This document shows, one piece after another, positions 61,114 through 64,000 of a stretch of DNA of 64,000 nt. Position numbers and translations under genes: made by a program. The stretch comes from Bacteroidota bacterium. GTDB taxonomy: Bacteria; Bacteroidota; Bacteroidia; AKYH767-A; OLB10. The notes beneath the pieces were generated by a model, which was given only the letters and a program-made list of their open reading frames with translations, searched no databases and had not been told where the DNA came from. Position 1 is the stretch's first letter. Every line of letters begins with the position of its first letter. The stretch lies in NCBI GenBank assembly GCA_031411335.1, contig JANOAX010000059.1, positions 3,071 through 67,070 of the forward strand. Reading direction: 5' to 3'.

Positions 61114-61959
61114 ATGAAAAAAATACAATTCACACTACTTCTTTTTGTAATCACGATTCTAACAGCTTGTGATAAAATAGAAGGACCTTACGGTGTTACA
61201 AATACAGGTGGACCTATTGGAGGAGACACCATCGTACAAAAAGTTTTATTAGAAGACTTCACTGGACATACCTGTCAAGCTTGTCCAAATGCACATAGAG
61301 AAGGAAAGCGTTTACATGATATTTATGATGAACGATTAGTGGTGCTGGCAGTACATGCCGATTTTTGGGCAGCTCCTTATCCTCCAAACGCTCCTTTCTA
61401 CACTTATGATTTTAGAAATGCTGTTTCCACTCAAATTGCAACCGACTTCAATGTTATTGGTCAACCATTCCCAAAAGGAATGGTTCAACGCATGTTAAAT
61501 CCGGGCACAAGCGATCAATTAGTGCTGGATTGGGCTGGTTGGGAAAGTAAAATCGATCAGTGGATCAACACGGCTGCTAAAGCGGGACTTGAAATTACTC
61601 CTGGTTACAATAGCGGAAGTAATACCATGAGTGCTGAAGTAAAAGTGAAAGTGGTAAGTGATATCACCGATGGAGCTTATTTAGCCGTTTATTTCTCCGA
61701 AGACAGCATTGTGAAATGGCAAAAAGATGGAAGTATTAATGACTCTACCTACGTTCACAATCACGTATTACGCGGATCATTCAACGGAATGTTAGGCGAA
61801 GATTTAGGCGTAATTTCTGCCGGCGATGAAATCATAAAAAATTATTCGACAGCGCTAGTCCCTTCGGATGTAGCGGTGAATCACGTTTACTTAGTTGCTA
61901 TCTTAACAAACAGTCTTACGAAAGAAGTTATACAAGTTGAGGAAGTGAAGTTGCAGTAA
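61114..61959 (+). CDS. Omp28-related outer-membrane lipoprotein, thioredoxin-like with CxxC
   Basis: 281 aa. The lipobox is ILTAC. LLEDFTGHTCQACPNAH parallels the N-terminus of the 56508 gene. Confidence 0.65.
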   Translation: MKKIQFTLLLFVITILTACDKIEGPYGVTNTGGPIGGDTIVQKVLLEDFTGHTCQACPNAHREGKRLHDIYDERLVVLAVHADFWAAPYPPNAPFYTYDFRNAVSTQIATDFNVIGQPFPKGMVQRMLNPGTSDQLVLDWAGWESKIDQWINTAAKAGLEITPGYNSGSNTMSAEVKVKVVSDITDGAYLAVYFSEDSIVKWQKDGSINDSTYVHNHVLRGSFNGMLGEDLGVISAGDEIIKNYSTALVPSDVAVNHVYLVAILTNSLTKEVIQVEEVKLQ

Positions 61960-61960
61960 T

Positions 61961-62135
61961 TAGATGTTGGTTGTTGGATACTGGATTTTAGTTATTATTT
62001 TTAAAAATATTGGTTGCACGGCTTCGCGACTTGTGGTTAGACTATATTCGAAAGGTTTCGCAATTTGACATTTGTTGCAAGGCTTGGCGATTTGATCAGA
62101 ACCACCAACATCCAAAGTCTAAAATCCAACATCTA
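61961..62135. repeat. ~175-bp element bounded by GTTGG-rich inverted repeats that begins right after the stop codon
   Basis: TAGATGTTGG ... GGATTTTAG (61961-61991) against the reverse complement of CTAAAATCCAACATCTA (62119-62135), and GATGTTGGT against ACCAACATC (62104-62112). Inside are degenerate copies of the GGCTTCGCGA unit (62020-62029, 62080-62089). Confidence 0.65.
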
Positions 62136-62145
62136 TTAAATTTAA

Positions 62146-62574
62146 TTGAAACATCTATACTCTATAAATATCAACGCTAAATCAAACTTCTTGAAGCTTG
62201 TAGCTTGCGGCTTGCATCTTATTTTCCTTTCGACGGGCTTAGCGGCACAAACTCAAGTTGACAGTTTACGGATGGCTACAAACGCAATGAAAATTCCAGC
62301 GTCTTCTATTTTAGGAAGATGGAATCCTGTTGACACAAGTTTTAAAATGGTGGAATTTATAAAGCAAGATCCGTATGTAATGATAAAAGTAGATAGTCAA
62401 CATGCAGGCTATACGTTCAACATAGAGAATGACAGTGTTTTTGTGAATGGGGTTTTACCAAACTGGCCACCTTACGATTGTATTTTGAATTTAAAAGATG
62501 CGACTACACTTGAAATAAATTATTTCCAATACTTTTCTAAAGTACCACAAGTTGTAAAGTACAAAAAGGAATAA
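62146..62574 (+). CDS. Hypothetical small secreted protein (start uncertain: TTG at 62146 or TTG at 62191)
   Basis: The only ORF in this region. LKLVACGLHLIFLSTGLAAQ looks like a signal peptide. No recognisable domain. Confidence 0.4.
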   Translation: MKHLYSININAKSNFLKLVACGLHLIFLSTGLAAQTQVDSLRMATNAMKIPASSILGRWNPVDTSFKMVEFIKQDPYVMIKVDSQHAGYTFNIENDSVFVNGVLPNWPPYDCILNLKDATTLEINYFQYFSKVPQVVKYKKE

Positions 62575-62621
62575 GTTCATATCTTTATTTCCAAATTCAT
62601 CCATTGTAAAATTCGTTCACT

Positions 62622-63254
62622 ATGAATCCGCACCAAGAAACGATTACCACTTGGAATAAAGTTGCACAACTTTATCAGGAAAAATTTATGGACTTGGAAA
62701 TGTATAATGAAAGCTATGTTTTATTTTGTGCTGCCATTGAAAAGTCGAAGGCCTCCGTTTTAGAGATAGGCTGTGGTCCGGGAAATATTACCAAACAACT
62801 TTTGTCAATACGGAATGACTTTTCAATTCATGGAATTGATTTTTCTTCCAACATGATCGAGTTAGCTCAGAAAAATAATCCGACGGTACAATTTGAAGTG
62901 ATGGATGCCCGCAACATTTTAAAACTAAACATAACCTTTGATGGGATTATTGCTGGATTCTGTTTGCCTTATTTATCGGAGGAAGAAAGTCTAAAGTTGA
63001 TTGCAGATGCATCGACTCTTTTAAACAACAACGGAATTCTTTATATAAGTTTTGTAGAAGGGGATCCGACGCGATCAGGATTTCATGCTAGTAGCACAGG
63101 AGATCGAACGTATTTTTATTATCATAAATTGACTAACATAACAAATGGTTTTATAGATGCGGGATTTGAAAACCCTCGAGTGATTCATGTCAATTATGTA
63201 AATGCGAATTCAAAACAAGAAGTGCATACTATACTTATAGCAAAGAAATTGTAG
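62622..63254 (+). CDS. Class I SAM-dependent methyltransferase
   Basis: 210 aa. Motif I is VLEIGCGPGNIT. Acidic post-I residue in GIDFS. Motif II-like FDGIIAGFCLPY. Confidence 0.8.
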   Translation: MNPHQETITTWNKVAQLYQEKFMDLEMYNESYVLFCAAIEKSKASVLEIGCGPGNITKQLLSIRNDFSIHGIDFSSNMIELAQKNNPTVQFEVMDARNILKLNITFDGIIAGFCLPYLSEEESLKLIADASTLLNNNGILYISFVEGDPTRSGFHASSTGDRTYFYYHKLTNITNGFIDAGFENPRVIHVNYVNANSKQEVHTILIAKKL

Positions 63255-63735
63255 TTGATATTAATGAGATCAATAATTAGAACTGACTTTTTTAACACTT
63301 GAGAAACTAGAGGACACAAGAGTTCACAAGAGAAAAACTGTATTTCAAAACTTCAACTCCTTTGAATAAAACGAAAAAAAATATTCGCCTCAAATTTCAA
63401 TTAACAATTACATGTTCATTTCTTTGATGAAAATAATTTGGAAATTCCAATACATGGTTTACATTTGTTTTCGAATTAAGCATTTTGTGAAGAGAGAATT
63501 TTTATAGAGAGCGAATAGCGACAACGGCAGGGACAACTAAACCCTTATGTAAAAACTGCCAACGATGCTCAAAAAAATGAATACGGTATTAACAAGAAGG
63601 AATTAGGTGCCCTGCACCTATTCCCTCTTTATGGCTTTATAATCTGTCAGGACAGCATTATGAATCGGCTCCGACGTGCCTAAACGTTTCACAATAAATT
63701 TTTCTATAAAAACCTTTAAAAAATAAAAAACACTT

Positions 63736-64000
63736 ATGAAAACATTTATATCCATCAACTTCAAAAAAATAATTTTCATCCTTGGAATCTTTGCCTTCCT
63801 CTCACTTGAATCTTACGCTCAAAATGCGGAACGAATTAAATTCGTATTTGGTACACGATCAAAACCTGCAGCCATTGGAGACGGATGTGATGGAGAAAAA
63901 GGATTATGCATTCGATTATTCAGCAGTTCAAAAACTGTTGGAACTGGAGAAGGAATCGCTGAAGTGCAAACTGTCCGAGGTCAACTTCAACTGAATATCA
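63736..64000 (+). CDS. Hypothetical secreted protein, N-terminal fragment (runs off the window)
   Basis: The ATG at 63736 opens a frame with no stop to the window end. It reads MKTFISINFKKIIFILGIFAFLSLESYAQ, a clear signal peptide, then NAERIKFVFGTRSKPAAIGDGCDGEKGLCI. The listed ORF 63782-63994 is in another frame and looks spurious. Confidence 0.5.
   Translation, partial: MKTFISINFKKIIFILGIFAFLSLESYAQNAERIKFVFGTRSKPAAIGDGCDGEKGLCIRLFSSSKTVGTGEGIAEVQTVRGQLQLNI

Noticed and set aside
63782-63994. Listed ORF (70 aa, TTG start) at the window end
   Set aside because: It has no signal peptide or recognisable features. The overlapping frame starting at the ATG at 63736 has a clear signal peptide and stays open to the window edge, so that frame is preferred.

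Overview
This is a low-GC chromosomal segment, almost certainly from a member of the Bacteroidota. The markers are a SusC/SusD pair, the ~2400-aa T9SS translocon SprA in the ruvA-sprA-gcvH arrangement, TAnnTTTG-type promoter boxes, and about ten proteins ending in T9SS C-terminal sorting domains. I call about 45 protein genes, one tRNA-Ser(GGA) and no rRNA. I see no CRISPR array, integrase, transposase, phage gene or recognisable defence system. Housekeeping genes: ansA (partial), osmC, ilvE, gcvH, ruvA, maeB, and a LytS/LytTR two-component pair. Most of the window encodes large secreted multidomain proteins (LamG, PKD, CARDB-like, CHRD, FG-GAP, PA, delta-60, choice-of-anchor-like). Most interesting observations: (1) two neighbouring giant proteins (915 and 1317 aa) with unrelated N-terminal architectures share a ~176-aa C-terminal cassette that does not look like either known T9SS sorting domain, and they lie a few kb from sprA. 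(2) One of them fuses FG-GAP repeats to a PAP2/vanadium-haloperoxidase-like core. (3) There is a LamG/CARDB protein carrying a complete PNGase F-like core, and a cutinase/PETase-like hydrolase, both with T9SS sorting domains. (4) A four-gene cluster combines three CxxC thioredoxin-fold proteins with a beta-barrel. (5) Two tandem membrane-protein paralogs keep a 109-bp near-identical core while the rest has diverged, inside an AT-rich block of orphan secreted proteins. (6) The intergenic DNA carries several repeat types: a 45-bp hairpin array after the tRNA, TTGGTG octamer arrays with TCGCGAGGCTTCGCGA palindromes bracketing osmC, an 18-bp palindrome also found in-frame inside a CDS, and three ~175-182-bp elements bounded by inverted repeats. 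All functional calls come from reading the translations and recalling motifs. No searches were run.
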